A stretch of DNA of 64,000 nt, from positions 1 through 64,000 of the forward strand of contig MCFE01000080.1 in assembly GCA_002104905.1 (NCBI GenBank), written 5' to 3'. The DNA comes from Basidiobolus meristosporus CBS 931.73 (lineage: Eukaryota > Fungi > Basidiobolomycota). The notes under the pieces are model-generated. The model was not told the DNA's origin. It saw only the letters and a list, made by a program, of their open reading frames with translations, and searched no databases. How positions within the stretch are numbered: the first letter of the stretch is position 1; every line of letters starts with the position of its first letter. Below are positions 1-14,500 of the stretch, piece by piece. A program made the translations under genes and the position numbers.

Positions 1-22
1 CTGCCCCAGTGAGCAATCAACT

Positions 23-1051
23 GTGTTCTCAGTACCTAATGGAGTGGTTCCAAGCTCTGTGCTTGATCCTATACTGTTTGTCATTTTCCTGAATGACTTC
101 CCAAGACTCTCAGCTGACTACCTGGTTACCCTCTTTGCTGATGACATCAGAATATCCTCCTCCAATGTGCAACAAGACTCCCAGGCCATCCACCAATACT
201 TGCAGAAGAATAATCTGCAGCTTTCCATTGCAAAGACAGTACCTTTGGGTTGTCCTATCAACTTAGAGAACTGCACTCTACCTGCTCAGGTTTCTGCTAC
301 ATATCTTGGCTTTCCTTTCCTTCCTACTGGACTAGACTCTGGAGCACATTTGAAGAAGAGAGTTTTCCTGGCAATACAGGCACTCCACAAGCTACTGGCT
401 GTTACTCCTCCTACAACTTCAGCTCCCAGCTGCCTCCTTCTACTCAAGCAGTTTGTCTTCCCTGTCCTGGAATTTGGCTTACCACTTCTCTCTCTTACTT
501 CTAGAGCCTGCGCTAAGCTTGACAAGTTTGCAGTATGGTGCATTACCTTCTTGATGCCTCATTTGCCTGAATGCCCCAACAGACATGCTATTCTTGGTGC
601 TTTTGGGTTTATGCCCTATAAGATCAGACTTCTCTATCTTAGAACCAGATTATATCTCAGACTTCACCACTGCAACAACCCACTCCTCAAGGCCTGGAAG
701 AGAACATACAACACTACACCTGGCTCCTGCTGGAGAACAATACTTGGAGATCCTGAAGTCAAGAAGTTTTCTCATTATATTCTGCAGTCAGAAAACCCCA
801 GGCTGGCCTACCTGAAGTACTTAACAGACCTTTGGCAGCAATATCTGAAGCAGCACACTCCCTTTATGATGAATATCAATCCTAATCATATTCCCCTCAT
901 TAATGTTGTTCACAAATTATTCTTACCCCTTTTGCTACTCCCCTTCCCACTGAACAGCGTCTTGAGTACAGAAGAACTATCATCACTTCTTATTAACTTA
1001 CCTACAAATTCCTCTCAGCTACACACTCTGGTATCAATGCTACAACAGTAG
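23..1051 (+). mobile_element. Non-LTR (LINE) retrotransposon reverse transcriptase, 3' portion, degenerate
   Basis: The 342-aa ORF has GVVPSSVLDPILFVIFLND (degenerate GVPQGSVLGP..F.I..ND) followed by LFADD and a YLG motif. It is almost free of CpG, and AATAAA lies at about 1075-1080. Confidence 0.8.
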
Positions 1052-3440
1052 CGCTGACTTCTTTGTTTCAACTGAAATAAAGATTTCACCTGTTGGTGAC
1101 TGTCTCCCCCCTAACCCTAAGTTCAAGCTCTAGTTCATTTTAACAGAGACTACCATTGCGTCTCTCCGATCAAGTCAATATTTACATTCGTCTTTTATGT
1201 TATTTGGTACCCAGTTTTCAACTCCAACCTATCCTTGTAACAAATGGAACTTTCACAAGTGTTTTTGGCGATTAAACAGGCGAGAAAACGATCTTTATTA
1301 AGTAAGGTGATACAAATACATATCAATATTTTCGTGTCTAGGGGTTGCAAGCGTAGTCAATTCTGCTCAAAGCAGAAGTCGGGATTAGAGCAATCATATG
1401 GTAAGGAACTTCATGAACCTTGATTTTTTGTTTGTAGACTGGTTGCAGTGAAGCAGATCAAATATTTAGCAACAAAGGCGATTTTTCCGCTGGTTGACTA
1501 CCAAGTCTTTTTCATTCTGCACTTCGCCAATTCTTGGATTGATGAACATATTGAACCCCTCCCCAATTTCAGGCAACTGTTACACCTTCAGAACTTCGAT
1601 AAATCTATAATTGCGACTCGATGTAATACACGGTGTCATTAGCATGACCTCCCACGGATCTGATCAAGATTTTTCTCAGCAGCATTTGGCAAGTAATGGA
1701 TTAAGCGGCAACACATGTCAGGGTTAGGGTTAGATTCCTACTTCTTTTCCATTGTAACCAAAGCATAGGGATCTGAATTCCGCCATTCTTTTTGCTGAGT
1801 TCACCACTTGTATGGTTCGAAAACAATACGCATGTGGGCCATGTATGGGACTAGATCACGCCTAGCTATCATTATGCATATCACCCGCAGAAACGCACTC
1901 TGCATTCCTTTTGATCGCTGGTCTAATATATGTCCCTGTGGTTTATCCCATCAATCATGGAATATGGAAGGGTAATGAAGATAGTCCTGATTGGTGCAGA
2001 TGATTGGCTAGAGAACCTGAACCCATTTGGGATTCACCTGGCACAGCATGGCTTAGGTATTCCTTCAGATACCCCTTCCTGGCGACAGTCTAAGAATGGC
2101 TGCGGTGCTACCCGGAAGTCGAAAGATGTTCTACCTCGTAAAAGAATGGGATACGGAAGTGCGTATCATTTTACACAAATCTCAATAACCACAGCCTATC
2201 AGATCCCTCCAGTGTGCGCTAATGTTCAAGGTTGAGGATCACACGCGCGGCGGTCCCAACAGTTAGCCAGTTTTTCTAGGCGTCTGCGCCCATTGGTAAT
2301 CGCACTTGAAGCTTAATTCAATTACATGAGTGGCAGCACATCTCTATGTTGAAGTCATCTATCCCCACAGCTTTGCTGTTCTGATCCTGGGATTTAGCCA
2401 GAATCTTGGAAAAACTCTCTACCACTTCCGTTGTTGCGCTGTGCTCTTCAGACTCGGGGCAATGCGCTACGCTTGTCGTTTGATATTGCCAATCATCAAA
2501 CATTGTGGGGAAGTGGCTACAGGATACGCCGCCAAAGTAAAACCACCCTCCACATACTGCTTAGAGGTACGCCCAATGCAAGCAAAGGCGATTATAGGGC
2601 ATTTGATAATATAGCTGCCTCTCATTCCAGAAATGGTTACCCTTCATAAGTGGCTGAGTGGTTTGGAGAACCATCGATCTCACTCACCAGAAGCCCACAC
2701 CCGTAGGCCACTCATCACTATGGCCCACGATCTACAAGGGGGTCTCCCCAATTGTTATACTAGACTATCTATCAGGGCATCAATATTGGCTACCCTTTCG
2801 AACAGGCAGGTTTTCAGCTGATAGTGTGCTCAAAATCATAGATTGCTCACACGGTGACCGCATATGGTAGAATGCCCCTACGATGTTGATTGGCTCGTAT
2901 GGATTCGCATGGATGTCAAACTCAGCGACACCTTACCCATGATTCTCTGGCCATAGAACCAGATATGCTAAATCAGGGAAAACGAACACCAAGGTGCCTA
3001 CGCAATTATCGGCATTGGGCTTTGACCACTCTGCAATTGGACAGCAATCCACGGCCGTCACTGGCTCCCTCTCAGGAAGAAGAGGATACAGATCCAGCTG
3101 GCCACCAGCACCGGGAGCCCGTGGAAATACTGGAGACCACCAAAAGCTACCGTTTACCCAGGCTGCCTCGTGAATGAAGTATGCTAGAGACGGGAAGATT
3201 TATTGATCACAAAATTGTTGGGTAATGAATTTTGGAATGACTGAAAATCAATAGAGAGGGATATGACATGCTTTTGTACAATGTGTGGAAGTAGGAATGG
3301 GAGATATGGAAACAAAAAGAAACGGAATAAATGAGCGCATTTCAATACAATACATATGTTTAAATTGATCCATCACTAATTAATGGGAAACTTGAGCCAC
3401 TATAGGGCGAGTTTCACCTACAGTAGTTGACCTAGAACTA

Positions 3441-4316
3441 TCATGCACCGCACCGATCTCCAATGGATTTCATTCGATCAAGATGTTGCGCCGTTCGAGG
3501 CAGTGCGCTATTTGTAGAATCAAAGCAAAGGGGTATTTCTGAAGGCGGCATGTATCGCTCAGGAAGCCCTGCGTGTCTGAACGGGAAAAGTGCTGCGTTA
3601 TCGATGCTCATTCTTCTTTCCTGTATGGAGGGGAGCTTCGGCAGATGAAATCTCTCATCTGTTGGTGTGGAAGGGAATGACCGATGGAAATGTGAGCCTT
3701 GCTCAAGAAAAAAATAACCAGTGTCCCCTTGAGCCCCTTGGAGATGATTCTCCCGAAGATTCTCTGAGCATACGCTCGACCGGCGGTGTCCCCGTCGGGA
3801 CTTGGAGGACATGTGCGTACGGTAGTGCTGCATCATGTTGTCTTGCCTTGAGAATCTGGATGGACAACCTGCCATTAAGCAAGGAAAATTCTTCTCACCG
3901 GTATGGATCCTATTGTGCCTTGCTAAATGTCCACTGCAGAAAATGAAGGGTCAGATTTTGCAACAACAAAGGGAGTCCGCGTGCGAAAGTACAAACCTTG
4001 TAGTGAAGCTGCGAAAGCATCCAGGGTAGTTACATTTATATTTCCTTCTAGTATTGGCCTGTGTGGCATCCAAGGAAGCAAGTTTGACTTTCCGTGGTGA
4101 GGACGATGGGGTATGGTCGTCTCCCTCGTTCTCCAGACTCGACGAAGGTGATGATGCTGGTGCAGGAGGCAGAGGGGATGCATCATCGTTAAGCAAGCTG
4201 ACAACTTGCCCGTCGGATGTAGTGATCGATAGACTTGACTTTCGCTCGGACTGATTACTACGCATCAGCTGGTCTTCTGCGGTTGACTGGTCCTCACCGG
4301 CACGAAGGTGTATCAT
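3441..4316 (-). CDS. Two-finger C2H2 zinc-finger transcription factor, Nrg1-like; exons 4316-3997 and 3933-3441
   Basis: Splicing the 63-nt GT..AG intron (3996-3934) gives [55 protein letters not shown], a typical fungal Nrg1-type finger pair. Confidence 0.9.
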
Positions 4317-7300
4317 GTTAGAGCAAGCTTACGATGCTGTTTGTTGTGGATGGAGTATGAGGTAAGTGGAGGGTGAAGATATTATATTAATTCCAAGTAA
4401 GACGAAGCGAAGTACTGAGACACGTAGACGAGTTTGAAGATCGCAGTAGTCGGTGGCTCCTTATATATTTCATATGAGATTCCTGTAAACTGGTTGACTC
4501 CGGCGAATTTGTTAAGTACCCAAATTTGGTGAATCTAAAATGAAGTCCGAATATGGAATATCCTCCTTCAACCCTAGAAAAACCCTACGTTTTGGTGCCA
4601 ACCAGGCTCTAATAATAAAATGTATGTGTTGCGTAGTTTATGCTGAACTGGTATATGTAGCCTATAAAATCATATTTACACCGTACCACATTTATTTCAT
4701 TCCAAAGTAAGCCATCGGTTGAATTTCTTATTAGTATGCTTCAGTGAACTAGACTTCATACTTGAATTAACTGGGAATGAATCAGCATACCGCATGTTTT
4801 ACAGTTTAACTTTCCAACAGGAACTCTTCAGCGGCGGATTCTAGCTTTCATCATCACTACTTGCGAAATGAGATCGACAAATTGGAACTGTTTCTCAGCA
4901 TTCAGCACCCAACCTTACACTAACCTTGGCCTTTGGCAGTCAGTTCTTCCACCACCCCTGGTTGAATTATGGGAACCCGAACGACGTAATAGATTGGAGG
5001 ATTCAGGGAATGAGATCACCAACTCCACCTGCACTGATAGCTGCCTACCGTTCACGCAAGTCTCAACCCTTGAAAAGAAGATCAGTCTTGCATTATCATG
5101 ATCTGGACATGGTTCTGATTAGACACTACAATTATTTTTGCTGATTCGCCATATATTCTCTAACACAGCGTAGAATAACCGTAAACTGCGGTGTTATCGG
5201 CGGGATCTTTGACTAATCGTACATCATATAATCAAGAAATCCTTCCCACTATCCGTTGTTACAAAATCATGCTTGTTCTTGGAATCAAGCCATTTTCAGG
5301 TGCACCTAGGGTTTGTGGTGGGATATGATCCTTTGGGTGAGAATTCCAAGGATGTTGCGCGATAGTATATTCCTTTGAGGGATCCGTGGACCCTACTTCC
5401 TCGCCATTGGAGATCGTTTTCTCCCCGAGACTGCTAGAGTTATGCGAAACAGCGGTCTAGTCGATTGTTGGGGGGAGTCATTAGCGGCTGTAAATTTTCT
5501 CAAACTTTGTGGCTCGATTGACCATCAGAATATAGTATATAAGATCAATGGCCACACTTGAATATGCATCATTTTAAGGAGGTAACACAGGATCACTGCA
5601 TCCCTCCAAATACATCACACCAATTAAAAGTGTTCGCTACTACACTGCTGAATGGAAGTTATCTATGGCGTAAATCAGAAACTCTATTGAATAGTTTGGC
5701 TGGGAGGTGCTAGCATCCGATAGGATATGTCTTAGTCAATCCCAGAAAGATTTTCACACATCTTCACCCTGCAATACGGTAAACCTGAATTGGACATCCA
5801 CTATGCAAGGAGGACGCAAGCCTCGATACAAACCACCTAATCTTTGTGGAAATTGAGTTGGGCCCACAATGAGACATGGATAAGCTTCATCGTTGATGTA
5901 GCGGGAAGCCTACAGGCTCTATCTCCATTGTGACGTGCTCTGGCCTCTAAAATGCGCGGCAGGCTTAGCACCGCCATCGTTTGATGTACACTTGGACCAC
6001 GACGCAGGTAAGGCTCTTCGTAAATACAAGCAGGGAAATCTGCAACTCTAGAGAGTCGGCTGCACTTGAATCATTGATATGGCAGCAACACTTAGTTCTT
6101 GAGAATCATCTCATCTTCATGATGTTCCCATCGAGGGGTATTGGAGTCTTTCGGATTCCACCTGGAACAAGTATTGTCATTGGAACTTAAAATAAGGGTG
6201 TTCAAACGGGTACAGGCTACATGTCGTCAGATGTCAGACCACTTTGATTTCTTGCTGATTCCAGAAGCGCGTCTAAATTGGATCTATTGACAAGAATTAG
6301 ATCAGCCTTAGCTCCAATAGTACTCGTTGAATTATCACTCCCATCTGGGAATCTTATAGATCAATTGGCCCTGACAACACTTCACGGTGACTGGCATTCT
6401 CCAAGTACCAGAACCGAACGGGTTTGGGTGCACCTGCCCGCCTGCACTAAAAACAACTCATCAATTCTGTTTGCCGGCCTTTGCATCAAGTCATGTTTCT
6501 GATCTATTGGTGGCAGTGACATATGCATGACTTCGCTGGAGGCCAAGAGAGACCGTACAGAATGAAAAGATACATCGAAGCCCCACACTGCTTCCGGTTT
6601 TAGCACACACCTTGGAACCTTCCCCCCCCCAACGCCAGCGGTCCATGAGCGGCTGATTTACACAAACTGAATTTGTGAACCAACCATTCACCGAGTCCCC
6701 ATCTGGATTAATCTCTGCCTTAGGTAGTGGGAGCGAAATCAAATCAGCGAAGATAATCATTACTATATTTTAAAGAATATTATGAGCATTAGCATGGTCA
6801 CACTGCCCGCCTGCCTTCCACAAAACTGGTCAAGTCTCAAAGATTAGGTTAGCACCTGCAAGTAGACGCAACCCCTTATGAAGGCATATGGATGCCATAA
6901 ATGGATCGTTGCATCCCACTGTGCTGGTCCATTCGCTTAAAATTCGTAATATGCCATTAGTTGGGAGTGCTTGGCGAAAATATTCTCATGTGGAGGCCAC
7001 ATATATCTGTACATGCCGAGGTCAGTGTGCAAGAGAAGCGTCGTACGCATTTCTTTGGAAGTGCCGCCTTGAGAACATGTGTGCTTAAACGTGCGCCGTG
7101 GGGCTACCATAATATCCCATTTCCCCTGCACCAATGTGATAAGATTAGCCATGATCTAGATTCGGGTTGATAATTCTCTTACTGGAAGATCTAATTGGAA
7201 TATGGTTCCAGATTTCCAATCGAGATCTGGTTGCCAGCATAACCTTCTCATTGTGTATTGGTGATCGGAGTGAATACTGGGCTTGCAGCTCACGAGAGTA

Positions 7301-10300
7301 GGTTATTAATACTATTTGAGCATCCAGCAATGGATGAAGCGATCGGAATGGATACAATCATCAACATTCAAGCCACTTCGAGCGCCTTCCATAAATGGCA
7401 CTCTATAGACGCTGTATACTATAAGCATGATGTGTACATGAATATATAGAGCTACAGGCGGAAATTCCATCCCTTGATGATATTAAATGCCCTGTCTGAA
7501 TGGCGTTCCACTCTTGAACATTTGCGGATGCGGATACTGCGCGATTCCAAGGAATCCGTTATCGCGATAAACGCTGCAACGCACTCTGAAACTGTGTATA
7601 CTAAATGTGTCTTGCCTGGAGCATTTCAGATTATCGTGAATTTCCACTCTCGACAATCCATAGTTCAGGTTGTCGTATGTGCTTTCCGATCAGCCGAAAC
7701 AATCCGAAAGACTATCGTGAAATTTCTCAGTAATACTTCCGCCCGGTTCCAGAACTGAACAGCTTGCTTTCTCGGGATTTACGGAGTCACTTAGCAACAA
7801 ACACACATTGGCATGGACATGCAGTGACTTCGGGTCGGTGGAAACGATGGTATCTAAGTATGTATCCCTTTTCATACCCATTGGCAAGTAGAGTCAAATA
7901 GTAAACCAATAAATGACCTTTGACGGTTTGACGGCTTGAGCAATCTAGTTGGGTTATACAGCTATCTTTCCAGTAATCTCTTTTCAATGCCAGTATATAT
8001 CAAATTCGCATTCCACAGGGCTGAATTGTAACCTACAGTGAATGTGTCATTTCCGCAAGTCACCATGGCACCGAATCACCATATCCTCTCAGGCGGAATC
8101 AGATGTGCAGCAGAGTTCACGTGTACTCAAGAGCGCCGTATAGGCCTGCCACTGTTTGATCACCTCTGCTTAGAGTAGGGTACCAACTAATCCTCAGCGG
8201 TGCGGTCAAATTAGAACTCGCACCTGAGTCATAGATCGTGGTTCGGAATCGATAGTCGAATCCCCTGACAACGACAAAGCTAGATGCAAACCCAGGCAAT
8301 TCAGCTTAAGTTCTGGGCGCCACATGATGTCATAGAGGCATCAGCTAACCCAGCGTAGGGTTGGAATTTTACACACTTACCATGGATACATGAGCCCTGG
8401 TGGCGTCCATAAACGGGTTGGAACCCAGACGTGATCGAGGGTAATCTTCCCTATAGTTTGCCCTTACAATCATTCCCTGGTATGTTGCTTATACATCGTA
8501 TAGTATGCGAAGATTAATGCAGGTAGAGATTAGCGCTAAATTTCATCAGTTGCAGATGCCTCATGATAAAGGGCATTCCGAACAAGAGCCCCAGATCCAA
8601 TATATCCTGTTCACTTCCCTCTAACCCTACAGCACTCACTTAACGGTCCAGTCAAGCCTGGATATCACCATCGTGTAACCCAAATTTGAACATATATCAC
8701 ACCTCGCAACTATGCTAAAAATGGCGGATTCCCCATATGAACAGCAGTGCAAGCCCATGCCTCTTCCAGATCCCTCGGATCTATCCAGGCTACCCCGCAG
8801 CAAAACCGCACTGAGTGGGGTGGCCTACCCTAAGCAGACGCTACTCTGGGCTTCCATAGAAACGCACCCCAAAATAGACTTGGTTGCAGCAAGGAAATGT
8901 TCACTACACACCATTATATGGGTATATGGTTAATTGATCACGGTGCTCAAGGGAACCTTGCATCAACCCAATGGCCATTGCTCAAACTACATGCTAATGT
9001 AACCCTCCTTTGTAAAAGAGCGATCAATGCAATTGAATCAACAGATGGAATACCTGTAAAGTAGACTCGAGCCCCACTGGCCGTGGAGTTTCAAATGGCC
9101 ATCACAAGATAGAAAATGGGCCAATATAGGAAGTGAACTTCCAGAGCTATAATGAGCCTTCACAACCCAGGAGACAGGCCGGCCATTGGCTACGTTCTGG
9201 AATCCTGATTGTGCAATGATAAAGACATTTACGTCACGATGGATAGATGAGCATCTCAATATTGATACTTGAAAACTCCCAGCGCTATGCTGGATAAACT
9301 CACCCTATCATAGAGTAGAGGTGAGGTTTCCTGAACTGATTATATTGTATCACATCAAAACAAACACGAACGCGACGTAATGAGGAGTGAAATTCTAGCT
9401 CGGGAAGGGGGATCAACTTAGGTACGGGAGCCGCATGAGATGGAGTGGACTATAAGCTGGACTGGCAATCCCAATAAGCCCCAGATATTTGGGGCACAGC
9501 GGGTTCTTGCTTCGAAGGCTTCCGGCACGAGGCCACCAGCTCGATTCGTTTAGACCGGTGCTGTCCAGGGGTACTCACCTGGCCGGCTGCATTTTCGTTA
9601 TCAGAGAGCGTTTGTCAATGTGTGCTGGTTGAGTTACCATCCCTGCATGGCTTCCGCCTAGGAGCCCTTGGGGAACCCCTCCCTGTACTACTCACCACTC
9701 GGCATTTGGGGTACTGGTATGCAGCTCAGTTGGAGGAATCCAAGTGCCTTAAATCGATTGATGTTTATTTCCTAATGGGTTCATCCTCTGAGCAATCAGC
9801 ATATTAGTTTCGTTCGGCACGTTGCTCAAATAGGACCTAGAATTTCATGCTACAAGAGATTTCTTGCTTCGCTGTAGCATTCGTTTTGTGGCAAGGATTG
9901 TGGGCGTTTCTCGATACATGTATTACTGGACAGAAGGGTCTATTCTCAGCGAACCCCAAAAGATCCTTGCCATAAATGGCCAGGATACCTAAGGAGAGGT
10001 GCTGGTTAAGCCACCTCACATATAGAAGCCTCTGCTGTGGTTGCCGATTTTTGCACAGTTCAATACATTGTTACTGTAGGTTCCAGGATAGCAATGAGGT
10101 GCGACATATATGACTTGGTTTATGGCAGGAATGCCATCGTCGAATCTGTAATGGTTACTTTGGTGTCACACGCCATCCGTTGACCAATTGATAGCCAGGG
10201 CTCGCACGCAAGGATACTGCAGAGGTACCAAGGGGCTGAGAGAATTCTTGATATCTCAAGTAAGATATCTTTTGTAATACTCTCGCCCAATATCGATATA

Positions 10301-10668
10301 TTGCTCTCCAGTATGGCAATGAGGGTATGTGTTCTAGCAATCATTGGCAAACGAGGCGTATACCTTCACGAGCATTACGTATACGTTACATCTGTGAATG
10401 ATTAGGGTATCAGCGTATGTAATATTGATGATCTAATCAAGAGCCTCTCAAGGACAACATGCGAGATCCATTTCGAAGCCCGACCAGCCAGCAGGTTTCT
10501 GGCCCAACAATGGCAAGTTTGAGGGAGTTTCCAGTGCTCCAATCGCCAAGTGATTCTTGGGATAATGGCTTAAGCACCGATTAATCGCCTCGGTAAGCTG
10601 CTGATTGGTCCGTCGCTTAGTTTCCTTGGAAAATATCGTAAAATCAGATACCTCGCCATTTACGCGTA

Positions 10669-11574
10669 ATGACCACCGGATTTTTTCGGTTGATAATGTT
10701 CGCTCAAGACACACGTTTCACAGCGGAAGGAAATGCTACTGGAGTTTCGACAACAGCAGACAGAAAACGCTCCGTGGAGGAGGAAGCAGCTGACACGAGA
10801 GAGAAAGCTTCGGTGAAAAAGCCCAGGAAACGGGCCAAGAGGAAGCACAAGAAAAAAAAGGCTGAGCAGGGCCAAACGGAGGAGCAGGCCTCACCCCGAG
10901 AGCATCTCATAGAGGAACAAGGCCCCTCGGTTTCGGCGAAAAATCTCCTGATCCTTGATCTCAACGGCACCTTGTTGTAAGCAATAGCGAAACCCCTTCA
11001 GCAATCATCAATACCTTCCATTACTTAATGCCTTCCCTGTTACGGATATAGAGTGAGAAGCAAGAAGAGTAAGGCGATATATATGAGACCACACGTGCCG
11101 GAGTTCGTGGAATTCATCCTAAAGAATTTCGCGGTGATTGTGTGGAGCTCTGCCAGGCCGGAAAACGTCAACCGCATGATTTTGAAGGTTTTTAAGCACC
11201 GCCGTTCGTTGCTATTGGATGTGTGGGATCGGTCTCACCTCCATCTAGATGAAAAAGACTACTACCGAAAGGTCGACGTGGTCAAGGACCTCACCTGGGT
11301 ATGGGAAAAGCACACGCAGTGGAACAAAACCAACACGGTACTCATTGATGATACTGAGCACAAGGGCCAACTTCAGCCTGACAATCATATATGTTTGACG
11401 GAGTTCATCAAGGGCGATACAGGCGACAATGAGCTCCTGAACGTAAGAGCCTATCTGGAAGTCTTTTTGCAGGGCAGCATGGATGATATACAGAGCTATA
11501 TACGTGACAACGCATACGTGCCTTCAAAAACCGATGACCTTTCGGCTGATGAAATCGAACACTCGGAAGAGTAG
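10669..11574 (+). CDS. FCP1/NIF-family HAD phosphatase-like protein; exons 10669-10976 and 11052-11574
   Basis: The intron GTAAG..TAG (10977-11051) joins LLILDLNGTLL to VRSKK..RPHVPEF..F.V.VWSSA..W.R..KDL..NTVLIDD. A Lys-rich NLS-like stretch lies in the N-terminus. Confidence 0.85.
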
Positions 11575-14500
11575 GGTTATATCCTTCATTGTATTTCTGT
11601 TCTATATAATGTATTTGGCTTTGTTGGTATGTAATCTCTTGATAAGACGTACTTGTTTAGACTAGCGATATGTCGAACGCATATAGACTATCGCTTACAC
11701 CAAGTATTCGGTGTTAGATGCATACATGTTTATATAACTCGTTGATGGATGATTTAGAGGATAAAGTGGGCCTGTCTAGTCAACTTTTTACCAATATTTA
11801 TTCCCATTCTGCTTCGTTTCGTGAGTACTTTGCGCAAGTTAATGAGGGGTGGCAACTGTTAAAAAAGCGGTCCAGCATATGTGATATTGTGAGCGATCGA
11901 AGCTGAACTCCGTTGACCATAGCTTAATTTTCCGGTAGTTAGGCCCAGTGCAGCACTGAAGAAATCGTTGCTGCTGAGGTTCGAAGTTGGGTGCTGATTG
12001 GAAGGGGAAAGCTGCAAAACCCGATAGTGTATCTAGAACTTTGAAAATCTTTGGGTAATTACCGTATGGAAATCTGGACTTGGTGGCTTACGTATATTTT
12101 ATCGTAGCTTTTCGGTGTCTCTCCATTGACCAACAACCAAAGAACCATAAATACATCAAAACTTTGGAAATGGAAGTCTCTCGATGCAGTCCTACAATTA
12201 GCTGTTGGAGGCAGTAAGACGTGTATTTACCTATGGTCATATATATTCCACTTTTAAGGGCCAACAATTCAACCAACTCCGTACTCACATGCTTGGTTGA
12301 ATTAACTAGAATATCCCATACAACAGATGTCAATATCTAACTGCAGAGTTACAAGGGAACAATGAGGCTACTGGTGCGTGAATGTTTGTCTATTCGTCTT
12401 CCAAAGCTGTAACATGTAAACACTGAATATATGGGGTTGGTAGACTGTAATGTGCCTATATCAACTTTTATGAAGCACCACAATGTGATACTTGTATTTC
12501 TTACATACTCGCGTGTTAAAGAGAATGTCCCCATGCTAGTGGCGGAGTTTTTCAGTCTAAATATTGTAGGGTCTGTGTTGTTAAAGTTATAAAAGAGGCC
12601 TCAGTAAAGATTTCTGATGAACACCATCAAAATGTTGTGAGCTTTGAAGATTCTGGAAGTGATTGAGAGAACAAGCTGAATACTTGGTTTTCACTGAATG
12701 CTTTATTGAAGGTAAAAGTGGCATATATATTTTTGCGGGGTCTTGGAAATACAAGCACGTATGGAGGATTGCGTGAGCATGCGTGCAAAGTTTGGGCGCT
12801 TCTAGGCCACTTTGTGAATTTTCATGTTGTGAGTGTTTCACATTATGGTGAAATATTCCCAGTAAATCCCAACAAAGAGTAAAGGTCATAAGCTATGATC
12901 TAAGTGACTAACCTAACGGAATATTTAAGTCTAAATACAATACCTACAATACAAAGCACTTCAGTCCTACCTGATTTGCAGTTTTCACACATCAAGCTTA
13001 AAGGTCATACTAGCGTATAGTACTCCACATACTGTCTACACCCTCATCAGCACCCATTGTATGAATAGTCAAGGCCTAGCTAATGGCCAATGGCTTCACA
13101 TAATTTGCAAGGTTTGGCTTTATGTGCTGGGTGGAATACCATCATGATACTATGTAAATATGGTTGGAATACCAGGAAAGCATCATATTGAAATGTATAC
13201 TAGGAAAGGTAGACATTGATAAACTGGTTAAAATGTTTAACATTGTAAATAATAAGCCCCAACACTGCTACCTGCTACCGTAAATCTCCCTTAGTTTTCG
13301 GAGAAAACGTAGCAAAACTATGTCCATAACTTATATCGCAATTGCGTACAGATACATGTATTGCTATTGGGAGTATTGCAGGGCTATTGTCATTTTTGTT
13401 TGCATGCATGTTTCCAGGCCTCAAGATACCAGGGTACCAGTGCCACAGCAGAGATTTCTAACAAACGGTAGGAATGCCACGAGAAATAATAGAAGCCCAA
13501 GTTTTGTTAATGCCTAGAGAGACTGAGGCACGTGTACGGTTCTTGAAGATTTGTAATATTCTCCAATTCCTACCTACACATCCTCGCATTTATCACGGTG
13601 TCGATCCTACTGCTGTTTTACTAAACATCGTGAAGTCTCCTCATTCAGGCTGTGGCTTTCGGTTGATCCTCCAGCTTGTATCAATGAATTCGTAGTCTTC
13701 GGCCTCAAACGCCCACAAAGAAGAGGTGCTCATGTGATTACCAATGGAGATCTCCTCCCTGGTAGGAAACGCCCTTCCCCGACGGGAACGATATTATTAA
13801 CTACGACATCTTCGTTACCGGACATCATTTTTACCAGTACAATCCTGGAGCTACTCTTAGTGGAGGCAGCTCACGCCAGCCCAATTGGATCCATATATTG
13901 CCAATTGGACTGGATCGTTACATTTAAGTTCGTCTAGACTACTAATTGTCAAGTCGCTGCTACAATCGAGGGCTGGATCATATATCACCTGAAGAGCAGT
14001 GCAGCAGCTTTGTTCGGTCAAGTGGAGTCCTTTCCACATGTTCTTGTTCAAAAGAGATCATGCCAGGGCTAACGAAAATGTGAATTATTGTTGAGTTCAG
14101 TTGGTCGTCTTCCGCCTATCCTTGTTGAGGTAATATGCCATATTATGCGGTTTTGTCAAAGTCTGAAATGGCCCCAACCTCAGCAACCATCTACAATCCA
14201 TGCCTACAAGGCTCCAATAGAACTGGCTCTCGTTTCCATCGGTAGTGCTTTGAAAAGGTTAGCCAACTAGTTGTCGATCTCTAGAATATTCAAGTTGTCG
14301 TTTACAGCAGCCTTCTTCAATAAAACTGCCAACAATTGTTAATTCTGTGTTTATAAAATGACCAAGTCAATCCGCACCTCCAACCCCCAGCCTCCTGTTA
14401 CAGTACACTGCGTATGTGTATACATTGAAGTGTCTTCTCGTCCTTGCCGGTTGAGCTTCTATTCTTACCAAGCCCTGGGTTCTAATAGTGTTCAGGATAT

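Noticed and set aside
1107-1733. Telomere-like CCCTAACCCTAA (1109-1120) and GGGTTAGGGTTAG (1721-1733) in opposite orientation
   Set aside because: Only about two units each and no further arm similarity; compatible with chance or isolated factor-binding sites, not an interstitial telomere.
12538-13270. Possible hAT-like relic with decayed TAGCGGCG termini
   Set aside because: The terminal match is only about 8 bp after assuming CpG decay, the 8-bp flanks match 4/8, several CpGs remain and no transposase motif is seen.
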